Shown here: positions 1 through 11,905 of the stretch, in pieces | Position numbering within the stretch: position 1 is the stretch's first letter | How the letters are laid out: the number at the start of each line of letters is the position of its first letter | Assembly (NCBI RefSeq): GCF_006345805.1 | Contig: NW_021835745.1 | Span: forward strand, 1 to 46,316 | Reading direction: 5' to 3' | Length of the DNA: 46,316 nt | DNA from: Octopus sinensis | Taxonomy: Eukaryota | Program-made: the position numbers and the translations under genes | The notes under the pieces: generated by a model | What the model saw: only the letters and a program-made list of their open reading frames with translations | What the model was told of the DNA's origin: nothing | Database searches by the model: none

Positions 1-133
1 GGTTGACCTCGCCTTTCAGCCTCCCTAGACCGATAAAATAAATACCAGTTGAGCAGTGGAGCCGATATAATCGACTAGCCTCCTCCCCCACCTTCAAATT
101 TCGGTCCTTGTGCACATAACAGAATGGATTATT
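1..133 (+). mobile_element. 3' part of a tRNA-derived SINE (family B), cut by the window edge
   Basis: ttgacctcgcctttcagcc...gataaaataaataccagttgagcagtgg...atcgactagcctcctccccc...ccttgtgc is homologous to 23871-24075 and, inverted, to 12631-12825. Confidence 0.7.
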
Positions 134-556
134 AACACTGTTGTAATATTTTATCCGACTCTTTATTTTCTGAGTTCAAAACTCTCCGTATTCAACTCTT
201 CTTTACATCAATTTGTGTTCGATAAAATGCGGTACTAGTCAAGCACTGGGTCAACAGATCACCGAATCCTCACCTACTGAAATTGCTGGTCCTGTGAGAA
301 TATTAGGATTAAGATTTGTAGGGAAGTGATAGCAGCAATACACACATGTGTACTTAATGTATATATGTTGATTAAGAGCCAAGAGCTGCGATTTATAGTC
401 CGAAAAAAAACTTTGGGGTACGAAATTGTTGCAGAAAAATGACACGAGAGCGGGAGATACGTATTTCGCTGTAAATGCTTCTTATCAATACTGCACATTC
501 GAGTCACTTTCGAAGTAAAATCAAAATATCAGCCTGAAGTATATGCAGATGATGTA

Positions 557-1393
557 CGATGTCTGATCAGTACATATCCGGACTATCGCCATATTAGCGA
601 AACTGAAACACGCAGAGTAAAGCTGCTTGGAAAAGCTTAGCATTGGACTCTGCTGTGCATGCGCACTGAGTTTTAACGTTCTAGCTTACTTCCACTGTTT
701 ACACCAGTGCTTGGAAGGAAGGTGTGTAGCGTGTGAACATCGCAATGGCTATGACAGAGAAAGGCCAACACAACGTTGCAGAAAATATATGGAGAGTGGT
801 TCAGACATTTCTATGTTGGCAGAAAAAATGTCGATATTGACAAACGTTCTGAGAGAGCCGCAACCAGCAGAACTGAGAAAAACATGGCAGATGTGCATGC
901 AGCTGTGCGGGGAAATTATCGAATCACCATCCGTGAGTTATCAGAGGACGTGCGGATAAGTTATGGTTCAGTTCAGTACTTTATCACAGAAGATTTGGGT
1001 ATGAGACGCGTGTCTCTCAACTTTGTGCCAAAATTGCTTTCAGATAACCAAAAAGACACACAGGTTTCATTTGCACATGATCCTGATTGTGCCGAGAACG
1101 ATGAAGGCTTTTTGAAAACTTTGCATAGACCCCTGAGCAGATATCGCCAAGCTTTTCGCGAAATTTGATGCAGATTCACTGCTCAACTTTCTCTGCCATG
1201 GTCAATGCACCGATCACATGCTACACACCTTATTTCTAAGCACTGCTGTAAACAGCGAAAATGAGCTAAAGTGTTAAAACTTAGTGCACATGCACAACAG
1301 AGTTGAAGGTCATTCTGTGCTAAGCAGGTTTACTTTGTGTGCTTTAGCTTCGTTACTAAGAAAACGTTCCGGATACTTATTGATCATACCACG
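557..1393 (+). mobile_element. Internally deleted mariner (Tc1/mariner) DNA transposon
   Basis: 26-nt TIRs at 557-582 and 1368-1393 (20/26 match) are flanked by TA at 555-556 and 1394-1395. ORF 776..1168 resembles a mariner N-terminus (RITIRELSEDVRISYGSVQYFITEDLGMRRVSLNFVPKLL) and breaks off before the first catalytic D. Confidence 0.85.
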
Positions 1394-1789
1394 TATATAC
1401 ATCTGGAACAATTTCGTTTAGCCAAACTCCAAAGTATATTCTTGTTTAACATTATATATATATATAAATGGATATTTCCTGGACTAAAAATCTATCTCAG
1501 CACCTGACATTCAAACAACACATGTATGTTTAGTATGTGATAATGGAATGTTTCTATTAAACAGCTGCTTTTATTCCACAGTCTGATTTTACACATACAC
1601 ACACACGCACACTCACACACACACAAACAACACACACGCATATATACACATACATGCATACATACGTACACATACACACCATACACACACACACACATAA
1701 ATAAATAATATATATATATGCATATGGGTATATATATATATACATATATATATATACGTACATATATATATAATGCATATATACATACG

Positions 1790-1848
<59 letters not shown>

Positions 1849-1861
1849 CATATGTTGGCAT

Positions 1862-2470
1862 AGGACGTCACGAAACGTGTACAACAAATAAGTACGAAGC
1901 TGGAGTACAGGGAACATGACCTATTCTTTCGAACAACGAAACACACAAACAACATAAAGAACTACCCTTCATCAGTTGTTGTCTGTTTTTCTAGTCTCGT
2001 ATTTCGAGCGTTTAGATATGCCTTCAATAAAACAGTTTCTCCCGCAAAGCAATTTAAATATAATTTGTGATTTTGTGGAGGGTCAAAATTGGTACCACAA
2101 ACAGAACAGTGAAAACAAACAGGAAGGGCTGCTAAGCATAAACGCGGTAGTGGTGGCGAAAGCGTAAATCAATCTTGTACAGGAGACAGAGAACACGTCT
2201 TCCTTGTTCCAACTATAACGGATAGAAAGAAAGATGGGCGATGGTCACGTGGAAAACACGTCAGTAAGGAAGGAGGAGTGAGGGAGAGAGCGTGACATAC
2301 ACACACACACATATATATATACACACACATATATGGATATATGTGTACAGGACGTCACAAATCGTAAACAACATGAAATACGAAAACAAATCAGTTGAAT
2401 ACGCAAACAACGAGAAAAAGAAATGGAAAACAGGACAAGTACGATCTATTCATTTCGAGCATTGAACGAA
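1862..2470 (+). repeat. Two partial copies of an unclassified interspersed repeat beginning aggacgtcac (1862 and 2349), set among TA/CA microsatellites
   Basis: Both copies start aggacgtcac(g/a)aa and contain a later tttcgagc; they are otherwise diverged. Class not determined. Confidence 0.4.
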
Positions 2471-2697
2471 TATATATACATAATTATTATTATTTGAGGG
2501 AATAAAATCCAATCTTACAAGGAAAAAAATTCAATTTAGAAATACTAAATCAAATTTCACACAATATAATATATATATAAAAAATTAGAAAAAACCCACC
2601 TTTTATCAATTCAAAATGAACAATTAAATTACACCATCTAGAAAATTACATATAAAAGAAAAATTAAAATTAAAGTAACAATAAAATGTCAAAGATG

Positions 2698-2798
2698 AAG
2701 TAAATTGCAAAAAATAATAATAAAAACGTATATATTATTATATATGTTTTTATTATCATCTTTTGCAATTTACTTAACCCTAACCCTAACCCTAACCC
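2698..2798. repeat. 78-bp imperfect palindrome followed by (TAACCC)4
   Basis: aagtaaattgcaaaa...ttttgcaatttactt spans 2698-2775; taaccctaaccctaaccctaaccc spans 2775-2798. Confidence 0.85.
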
Positions 2799-3355
2799 AA
2801 GCATTATATATATATACGTATATAAACATGTTTACATACAAACATAGTCTTTTTTAATCTTCTTTCTGTTTAGTTTAGTACGTGTTCTCTATATTTCTTT
2901 CTTCTTTTCTATTTTTCCTTATGTTCATCTTTCTTTCCTTCCTTTCTGCCTCTGCTCCCTCTTCTCCGTTTCCCTCTTTTTTTTTATTGTTATTTCTTTA
3001 CTTTTATATTTATTCCACTGCTGTCGTTTGTATATTTTGAAATGTCTTCACTTGTTGTAGAATATATTGTATTCAGATACATGTGTATGTGTGGGTGTGT
3101 GTGAGAAAGAGAATGAGAGAGAGAGACAGAGTGGTGTGTGTGTGTGCTGAGCGTGTGCGTGCGAGCGCACGAGCGCGTGCTTGTTTATATATATGTGTGT
3201 GTGGGCACCGTACGCCTGTATGTATAGGCGTGCGATTAAATACAAATATGTATTTTTATAAATAGAGAAAACGCCATTTTAGTACAACAGCAAATACTTA
3301 AACACCCATACGTATATAGATACGTACATATATACGTAGATACATGCATACTATA

Positions 3356-3386
<31 letters not shown>

Positions 3387-3422
3387 GGTGTGTGTGTGTG
3401 TGTATATACACATATATATACG

Positions 3423-3454
<32 letters not shown>

Positions 3455-4003
3455 TATATATATACATACATATGTACGAATAAAGCTGTATATACCTGCA
3501 TACTTAGACACTCGTACTTACAAACAAATATACATACATACATACATTCATACATACATAAATACAAATATATGCATACATACATGCATGCATACATGCA
3601 TATATACATACATACATACATACATACATACATACATACATACATACATACATACATAACTACATGCTCGCATGCATGCGTAAATAAACGCATACATACA
3701 TGCAAATGCCCAAACATAAATACACACATATGTAGTTACGTACATGCATTCATACATACAGTATTGAAGTGAACGTTAACATGAAACGATAAAAGAATAT
3801 AGGTGTCGGAAGGAGAGGATGTAGAATGGGAAACTAGAAAACTCCCTTTACACACAGAAAGACACACAAACACACACGTATACTTATACACATCCGCACA
3901 CATACACACACCTTTGCACATAATCAAGACATTCACCAATATTATGTATGACAAAAACCTTTCTAAAACATTACAGAGGCACACACACATACTCACACTC
4001 TTA

Positions 4004-4043
<40 letters not shown>

Positions 4044-4256
4044 TAGACACACATAACTGAAGCAGAGAGAAGCACGCACAATCATGTTCTTTTCACACAT
4101 AATCACAGACGTTGTATATTACATATAAACTAACAATTTTTTGTTACATATGTACAAAGTTTCAATAGCACAGTTGCACACACATATACACTCACACACG
4201 CAAGCATACAAACACATGCACACACACACATATATATTACATATATATACATATAA

Positions 4257-4363
<107 letters not shown>

Positions 4364-4844
4364 ATATGTGTGTGTGTGTATGTATGTATGTATATGTGAG
4401 TGTGTGTGTGTGTGTATGCATATATGTTTAATAGATAGGTAGTTCTATGGAAGAAAAGTTGTAAATAAAATATATATATATAACTTATTTATTGATGCTT
4501 ATGGAATTTTGATTGGTTCAGCCCTGTTTTTCGCATTTTCCATGCTGTTTAGGGAAGCGTGAAATGTATACATTTCATTTCAATTCATATTTTCTGGGGG
4601 GTTTTTTTTTTTTCGTTTTCGTTTTCCTTTTTTTTTTTTACATTTTTTTTTTGTCAAAGACACTATGGGATAGGAAATATACATATACAGGTTGAAGACC
4701 AAAATAAAAAAAAAAAATTTAAATATACATAAACTGACAAAGTGAAAAACGAAAATACAGAGGTATATAAATAAATAAATAATTGAACAAATAAACAAAG
4801 AATAAATATTTCATGAAAGAATGTTTGGGGACAATAAAATGAAA

Positions 4845-4955
4845 TGGAATTATTATTATTATTTTCATTACCATTATTATTATTATTACCATTATTATTA
4901 TTATTATTATTAATTATTATGATTATTATTATTATATTATTATTATTATTATTAC

Positions 4956-5013
<58 letters not shown>

Positions 5014-5041
5014 TATATTATTATTATTATTATTATTATTA

Positions 5042-5078
<37 letters not shown>

Positions 5079-5117
5079 TTTCCATTACCATTATTATTAT
5101 TATTATTATTATTATTA

Positions 5118-5156
<39 letters not shown>

Positions 5157-5195
5157 TATATTATTATTATTATATATTGTTATTATTTTCATTAC

Positions 5196-5236
<41 letters not shown>

Positions 5237-5464
5237 TATATTATTATTATTATATTATTATTATTATTATTGTTATTATTATTCATTACCATTATTTTTA
5301 TTATTATATTATTACCATTATTATTATTTATTATTATTATTATTATTATTACCATTATTATTATTATTATTATTATTGTTATTATTTTCCTTACCATTTA
5401 TTATTATTATTATTATTATATTATTATTATTATTATATTATTATTATTATTATTATTACCATTC

Positions 5465-5506
<42 letters not shown>

Positions 5507-5529
5507 TTATTATTACCATATTATTATTA

Positions 5530-5569
<40 letters not shown>

Positions 5570-5788
5570 ATAACCATTATTATTATTATTAATTATTATT
5601 ATTATTATTATTATTATCATTATTATTATTATTTTATTACTATTAATATATTATATTATTATTATTATTATTATTTTTACTACCATATATTATTATTATT
5701 ATTATTATTTATTATTATTATATTATATATTATTATTATTGTTATTATTTTCATTACCATTATTTTTATTATTATTATTATTATTACC

Positions 5789-5821
<33 letters not shown>

Positions 5822-5869
5822 CCATTATTATTATTTTATTATTATTATTATGTTATTATTTTCATTACC

Positions 5870-5900
<31 letters not shown>

Positions 5901-5936
5901 TATTATTATATTATTATTATTATTATTATTATTACC

Positions 5937-5968
<32 letters not shown>

Positions 5969-6011
5969 ATTATTATTATTATTATTACCATTATTATTAT
6001 TATTACTATTA

Positions 6012-6055
<44 letters not shown>

Positions 6056-6122
6056 TTTATTATTATTATTATTATTATTACCATTATTTTTATTATTATT
6101 ACCATTATTATTATTATTATTT

Positions 6123-6155
<33 letters not shown>

Positions 6156-6350
6156 TATTATTATTATTATTATTATTATATTATTATTATTATATTCTTT
6201 ATTATTATTACTATTATTATTATTATTACTATTATTATATTATTATTACTATTATTATCCTTATTGTTATTATCATCATCATCATCATCATCATTATTAT
6301 TATTATTATTATTTGTAGTAGCAGTAGTAGTAGCAGTAGTAGTAGTAGTA
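4845..6350. repeat. ~1.5-kb degenerate (ATT)n microsatellite ending in (ATC)n and (AGT)n
   Basis: Seen directly. It is the source of the poly-I/L/Y pseudo-ORFs. Confidence 0.97.
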
Positions 6351-6882
6351 ATGGGCGGGGGTAGATTTCTTCTTGACATTATTGTCATTATTGTTGTTAA
6401 TATTGTTTTCCCATGCGTCGCCCTTGTGGCAATAAAACACATAAATATTCCAACACTCCGTTGGATAATCAAATGTTACTTCCACGTGAAATTTTTGGTC
6501 TTGTGTGCCTATGTAAGTAATCATCATCATCATAATCATCATTGACGTCGTCGCTGTCGTTATCGTAGTCGTCATTTTTGTTGTTGTTCTTGTTGTTGTT
6601 GTTGCTATTGCTTTTGTTGTTGCTTTGTTGTTAACAGCATCATATAATGTTGTGTGCGACATCACACAGCTATGCTGCAAGACTGCGGTCTCTGCCTTGT
6701 ACCTTATGTTGTTAGAAAGTGTGGTGCCTTTTTTCTCGGCACGTATTCCTACAGTTCGTATCTTTGACGGAGCGGTGTCTCGGGTCAAAAGAAGACCAGC
6801 ACTAAGTGTCTGGCTTAGGATGTTACCAGAAGCTCACAGCCCTATACCATTTGGACAGGGCGGTCGATGGAATTTCCATTTG

Positions 6883-6913
<31 letters not shown>

Positions 6914-7286
6914 GCGCAGGCGCAGCTGTGTGGTATGTAGCTTGCTTACCAACCACATGGTTCCGAGTTCACTCCCACTGCGTCGCACCTTGGGCAAGTG
7001 TCTTCTACTATAGCCTTAGGCCGACCAAAGCCTTGTGAGTGGATTTGGTAGACGGAAACTGAAAGAAGCCCGTCGTATGTATATATGTGTGTGTTTGTGT
7101 GTCTGTGTTTGTACCCCAACCCAACATCGCTTGAAAAGTGATGTTGGTGTGTTTACGTCCCCGTAACTTAGCTGTTAGGCAAAAGGACCGATAGAATAAG
7201 TACTAGGCTTACAAAGAATAAGTTCTGGGGTCGATTTGTTCGATTAAGGCGGTGCTCCAGCATGGCCGTAGTCAATTGACTGAAAC
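6914..7286 (+). mobile_element. tRNA-derived SINE family A, full length
   Basis: Pol III-like head (gctgtgtggt...ggttccgagttcactccc), core ccttgggcaagtgtcttctactatagcc, internal TA/TG tract and 3' ggtgctccagcatggcc...gactgaaac. Five more copies occur in the window. Confidence 0.9.
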
Positions 7287-7336
<50 letters not shown>

Positions 7337-7339
<3 letters not shown>

Positions 7340-7403
7340 CTTTCTCGAAAGCGATGACTTTCTCGAAAGCGATGACTTTCTCGAAAGCGATGACTTTCTC
7401 GAA
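7337..7403 (+). repeat. Tandem 18-mer (tgactttctcgaaagcga) x3.7
   Basis: Exact copies start at 7337, 7355 and 7373, with a partial copy at 7391, directly after (TA)n. Confidence 0.95.
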
Positions 7404-10171
7404 GAAACTGGCTGTCAAGGAAATCAACTGAACTGCCTTCGAACTCGGGTACTATGGATTACGTATTCCCGGATTGGCAATATCACAGGGGAGAATTGCT
7501 GGTTCTAAATAAGATGTGTAGACTACAGATCCGATTCTCTAGTCTACAGAATCACCTGCACACTATCCAGTGGAAAGACAAGGCACTAAAATGGCATGAC
7601 GGTAAGGGTTTTAAGAGAAGCTACTTGCAACATATGCACTCACTTAGATGCAGGAATAGAGAGAATCCCATCTCTTTGTTTCATTTCCTCTAGAGACTTT
7701 GTGACCTCCAGAATGAAGCTCCCAATATCGAATGAACCATCAAGTGCAGGGCCCCACCCTACTCACCAGGCGCCCGTAGTTACCAGCTCTGCCTCCGTTA
7801 AAGACTGCACATTCTCCACTAACCTGCAGTGTCTATCAACTAGAGTTACGAACTATCATGTTACAGCCACCAAAGCTTCACCTTAACATTGGCTGTACCG
7901 CAACAGTTACTGCCCCACGACCATGGACAGGCTTCTAGCCACCATGCCTACGCAAGCCACAAGCCGAACTTTCAGCCTTATTCAACCCCAGTAAGTACCT
8001 ACGTTCGCCTCCATAAACGTGTGTATGCTCCCGTACACACACGCGCACGCGCGCACACACACACGCACATACACATGGATGTAGGTGTGTACACTTCTCT
8101 CATTCTGCCTACCTTTTCCCCACACGCACCGTCAAACTTCTGTACAACGCCACCCCATCCCAGCGACGTTGTTGCAACTACTCTAGCATACACTTGTCAT
8201 GCTCGCACGCATAAATAACTAAGACATACAAACAAAATCGAAAACACATGCACAAGGTATCTGTGTTGTTAGCTCGTGGGCCGGCTGCAGCTTTTAGGCG
8301 TAAGAAAATATATCCTCTATGCGCCTCGATTTTGTTTATTTACCCCGATCTACTTCTAATTCATATTTGAATTTTTCCCTGGCGTGAAATGTTGGTCATA
8401 ATCGGCGACATGGAAATTCAGCGAGCTTGTTCGGTATGCGATTTGATAAGTCAAAACAGTGACGAAACATCTATGTCTGTCACCCCGAGAAAGGACCTGA
8501 TGTGAGTTTTCTCGCTTGACTCAGACTTATTTTCAGGTGTTTTTTTTTCTTACACTGGGTGCATAGATAATATATTCTCTTACGTCTAAAAACCACTACC
8601 GACCAACCCACGAACCTTGCGTATGGGTGTTCGACTTTGTGAGTGCATATATATATATATATATAGAAGATGAAGGTGACCCTCAGACAGAATATAAACT
8701 GTTTTTACTTCAAATTTTTATAATTTTTTACTGTTATTTGATGAGATTCATCGAAACTGGTAATATTTTCTTTATATAATTTTTTAAATCATTATTATTA
8801 AATTCCTTCTTAAACTAAAATGTCTTAGACTTACTTCTGTGCTATTTCCACCTCCATCTTATATATATAAAAATCACATTTGTATTTGGCTACTCTCAGC
8901 ATTTCCCTCTAACACACACACTCTCTCTCTCTCTCTCTCTGTCTCTCCCTCACTTTAATACTCTCACTCTTCAGAAATCACCAGTCCGGTTTCCAAAGGA
9001 CGATATATGATGAGGGCTTATAGAACTTACCAGCAGTTTATCACCACTCAGTAATTCTCTGAAATCACTGCGTTGGACTTGGTATGAACAATGTATTTGA
9101 ATCTCGCGTTTAATTTCTCTAGAACCAAACATATAATTGAAAGTATACAGACCCGTATACGTACTATAAATATGCTATATAGACATATGTATAAATATGT
9201 GTGTGGGTTGTATAGAACGCTGATAATTAGAAGAACAGAAAGGATGAGGCCATTAGCTTTAGAAGGAAAGAGGATGAAAGGCAGACGTATATTCATTCCT
9301 TGTCGATCAGAGGTTCCTAAGCTGAACTGAAGACAGTTTTCTTTGCTTTAAGTTATCGTGTAGATCACCGAGATGAGATAATTGAAGGGATCCGATGTGA
9401 TAATGTGACTGGGTAAAATTTGAGACACCCCAGGGCGGCATGAGACGTTTGAGCGCAGCCTTTTGGACGCTAACAAATTGATACGGCTTACAGGACATTG
9501 AACTTGTTTCAGAAACAGTTCTTTTGATCACTGGAAGAAATCACACATACAACGTACAAACACGCGCACGCATACAGAAATATGCACATACAGATAGAGT
9601 GAGAGGGCGACATTGCATATTACTAACTGATAACAGTGACATAAAAATTGTCCGTTTCCTCGTACAGAGAAGGTGAAATATGCACACACACATAAACAAC
9701 GAGAAGTAGAGAGAGAGAGAAACATTAAAATGGGAGAAATATGGAAACGCCCGATGTCAAAGAAGTCATCGTCGAATCAACAGTGCCAAAAAGGCGACGT
9801 GAAAATGATTGCCAAAACGACTTGGAGATCGAGGAGTTGATCGTGAAATCGTTTGCTCAGATGGTTCCTCGTCTATCCTACTGTCAATGCGCTGCAAATT
9901 TATGTACTACGAAGTTTAATAATTTGCAAGAGTTACAATTTCAGTGGACACCTCTAGAAAAATACTCCTCAAATATTCTTTTATTACGTTGCAACATTTT
10001 TTTAATGATGGAGAAGATATTAGATCAGTAGTTTTCAACCATACTTTTATTTATCTATGCACTCCTTTGGTTCCTATTTTACTCTACTGGACCTCCGCGG
10101 ACATTCACTGAATATGAAAAAAAAAACATCTTACTGTATTTTAAAAAACAATTAAATATTAAATTAGATAC

Positions 10172-10565
10172 GCGCAGGAGTGGCTGTGTGGTAAGTAGCT
10201 TGATTCCGGGTTCAGTCCCACTGCGTGGCAACTTGGGCAAGTGTCTTCTGCTATAGCCCCGGGCCGACCAATGCCTTGTGAGTGGATTTGGTAGACGGAA
10301 ACTGAAAGAAGCCTGTCGTATATATGTATATATATATGTGTGTGTGTGTGCGTGTGTTTGTGTGTCTGTCCCCCTAGCATTGCTTGACAACCGATGCTGG
10401 TGTGTTTACGGCCCCGTCACTTAGCGGTTCGGCAAAAGAGACCGATAGAATATAAGTACTGGGCTTACAAAGAATAAGTCCCGGGGTCGATTTGCTCGAC
10501 TAAAGGCGTTGCTCCAGCATGGCCGCAGTCAAATGACTGAAACAAGTAAAAGAGTAAAAGAGTAA
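10172..10565 (+). mobile_element. SINE family A, near full length with a small head deletion and (GTAAAAGA)n tail
   Basis: Aligns end to end with 6914-7286. Confidence 0.9.
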
Positions 10566-10714
10566 GCTGTACATATGTTTTGTCCTCCATGAAGATCTTA
10601 ACTGCTTACATGCTGTTCTATCACCATTTAAACGTTGAAAAATATATCTTTCTACAATACATTTCAGCACTTCAAAAACAAACTTGCTTGTTTACATATG
10701 GCGTAATACTAAAT

Positions 10715-10846
10715 CTTTTACTCTTTTACTTGTTTCAGTCATTTGACTGCGGCCATGCTGGAGCACCGCCTTTAGTTGAGTAAATCGACCCCGGGACTTA
10801 TTCTTTGTAAGCCCAGTACTTATTCTATCGGTCTTTTTTGCCGAAC
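10715..10846 (-). mobile_element. SINE family A, 5'-truncated 3' part
   Basis: cttttactcttttacttgtttcagtcatttgactgcggccatgctggagcaccgcc is the reverse complement of the family A tail. Confidence 0.9.
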
Positions 10847-11251
10847 ACGTATGCTGTTCTATTAGTAATTACGCGTTGAAAAATATATCATTCTGCTTGT
10901 TCTAACTATTTAGTGTTTGTAGAAATATAACCAATTTATTTCACATAAATTTTAACAACAAAACCTTATATGGACCTCCAAGGGTTTTATGGCCCCCGGT
11001 TGAGAACCACTGCATTATATAATGCCGTCCTTGGTATTCCCCCAAAATTTAGAATGGCCATGGCTGGAATACCTTTGATCATAATTCTACTCGGTTAGAA
11101 TTAGAATTATGGCGAAGCAACAACGATTATGATGACTTCTGTTAAGTGTCACAAACTGTTTAAATTTTATCACTTCGATCGATTTCACACGCATATATTC
11201 ATACTTTCTCCCTCTCAGCATTTAAACTTGGCTTCTCACCCTCTTCCAGCG

Positions 11252-11746
11252 TTCTTCTTCTTCTCCTTCTTCTTCTTCTTCTTCTTCTTCTTCTTCTTCT
11301 TCTTCTTCTTCTTCTTCTTCTTCTTCTTCGTCTTCTTCTCGCCTTCTTCTTCTTCTTCTTCTTCTTCTCTTCTTTTATTCTTCTTCTTCTTCTTTCTTCT
11401 TCTCTCCTTCTTCTTCTCTTCTTCTTCTCCTCTCCTTCTTCTTCTTCTTCGTCTTCTCCTCCTACCTCCTCCTCCTCCTCCTCCCTTCTTCTCTTCTTCT
11501 TCTTCTTCTTCTTCTCCTACCCCTCCTCTCCTCCTCCCTCTTCTTCTTCTTCTTCTTCTTCTTCTACTTCTTCTTCTCCTCCTCCTCCTCCTCCTCCTCC
11601 TTCTTCTTCTTCTTCTTCGTCTCCTTCTTTTTCTTCTTCTTCTTCTTCTACTTCTTCTTCTTCTCCTTCTCCTTCTTCTTCTTCTTCTACTTCTACTTCT
11701 ACTTCTTCTCCTTCTTCTTCTTCTTCTTCTTCTTCCTCTACTCCTG

Positions 11747-11796
<50 letters not shown>

Positions 11797-11905
11797 TTTT
11801 CTTCTCCTTCTTCTTTTTCTTCTTCTTTTTCTTCTTCTTCTTTCTTCTTCTTCTTCTTCTTCTTCTCTTTCTCTCTTCTTCTTCTTCTTCTCTTCCTCCT
11901 CCTCC
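11252..11905. repeat. ~650-bp polypyrimidine compound microsatellite (CTT)n/(CCT)n/(CTA)n
   Basis: Seen directly. It produces the poly-F/L/S/R/E pseudo-ORFs. Confidence 0.97.

Larger units (their letters stand above)
10026..11012. mobile_element. hAT (Charlie-like) non-autonomous element containing two nested SINEs
   Basis: Left end cagtagttttcaacc and right end ggttgagaaccactg match as TIRs at 13/15. The 8-bp flanks tattagat and cattatat match at 6/8 with a central TA, consistent with a decayed hAT TSD. Confidence 0.7.

Noticed and set aside
1920-2000. Hammerhead core CTGATGA on the minus strand
   Set aside because: I could not build convincing stems II and III with a correctly placed GAAA.
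2775-2798. Chromosome end
   Set aside because: Only four units, internal, with ordinary sequence on both sides.
5177-6545. Long ORFs of 245-425 aa (5177..6364, 5739..6545, 11129..12172, 11236..11973, 20478..21755, 21161..22126, 21352..22116)
   Set aside because: These are stop-free frames of ATT, CTT or ATC microsatellites encoding homopolymeric I/L/Y/F/R.
6625-6890. Complex segment with 137/159-aa overlapping ORFs
   Set aside because: The ORFs are extended by flanking trinucleotide repeats and show no motif I can recognise.
7510-7535. Gypsy RT motif RCVDYR
   Set aside because: The flanking residues do not continue the RT alignment, so a chance match is likely.
9741-10031. 96-aa ORF METPDVKEVIVEST...
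   Set aside because: No recognisable domain or convincing splice context, and it runs into the hAT TIR. It remains unassigned.
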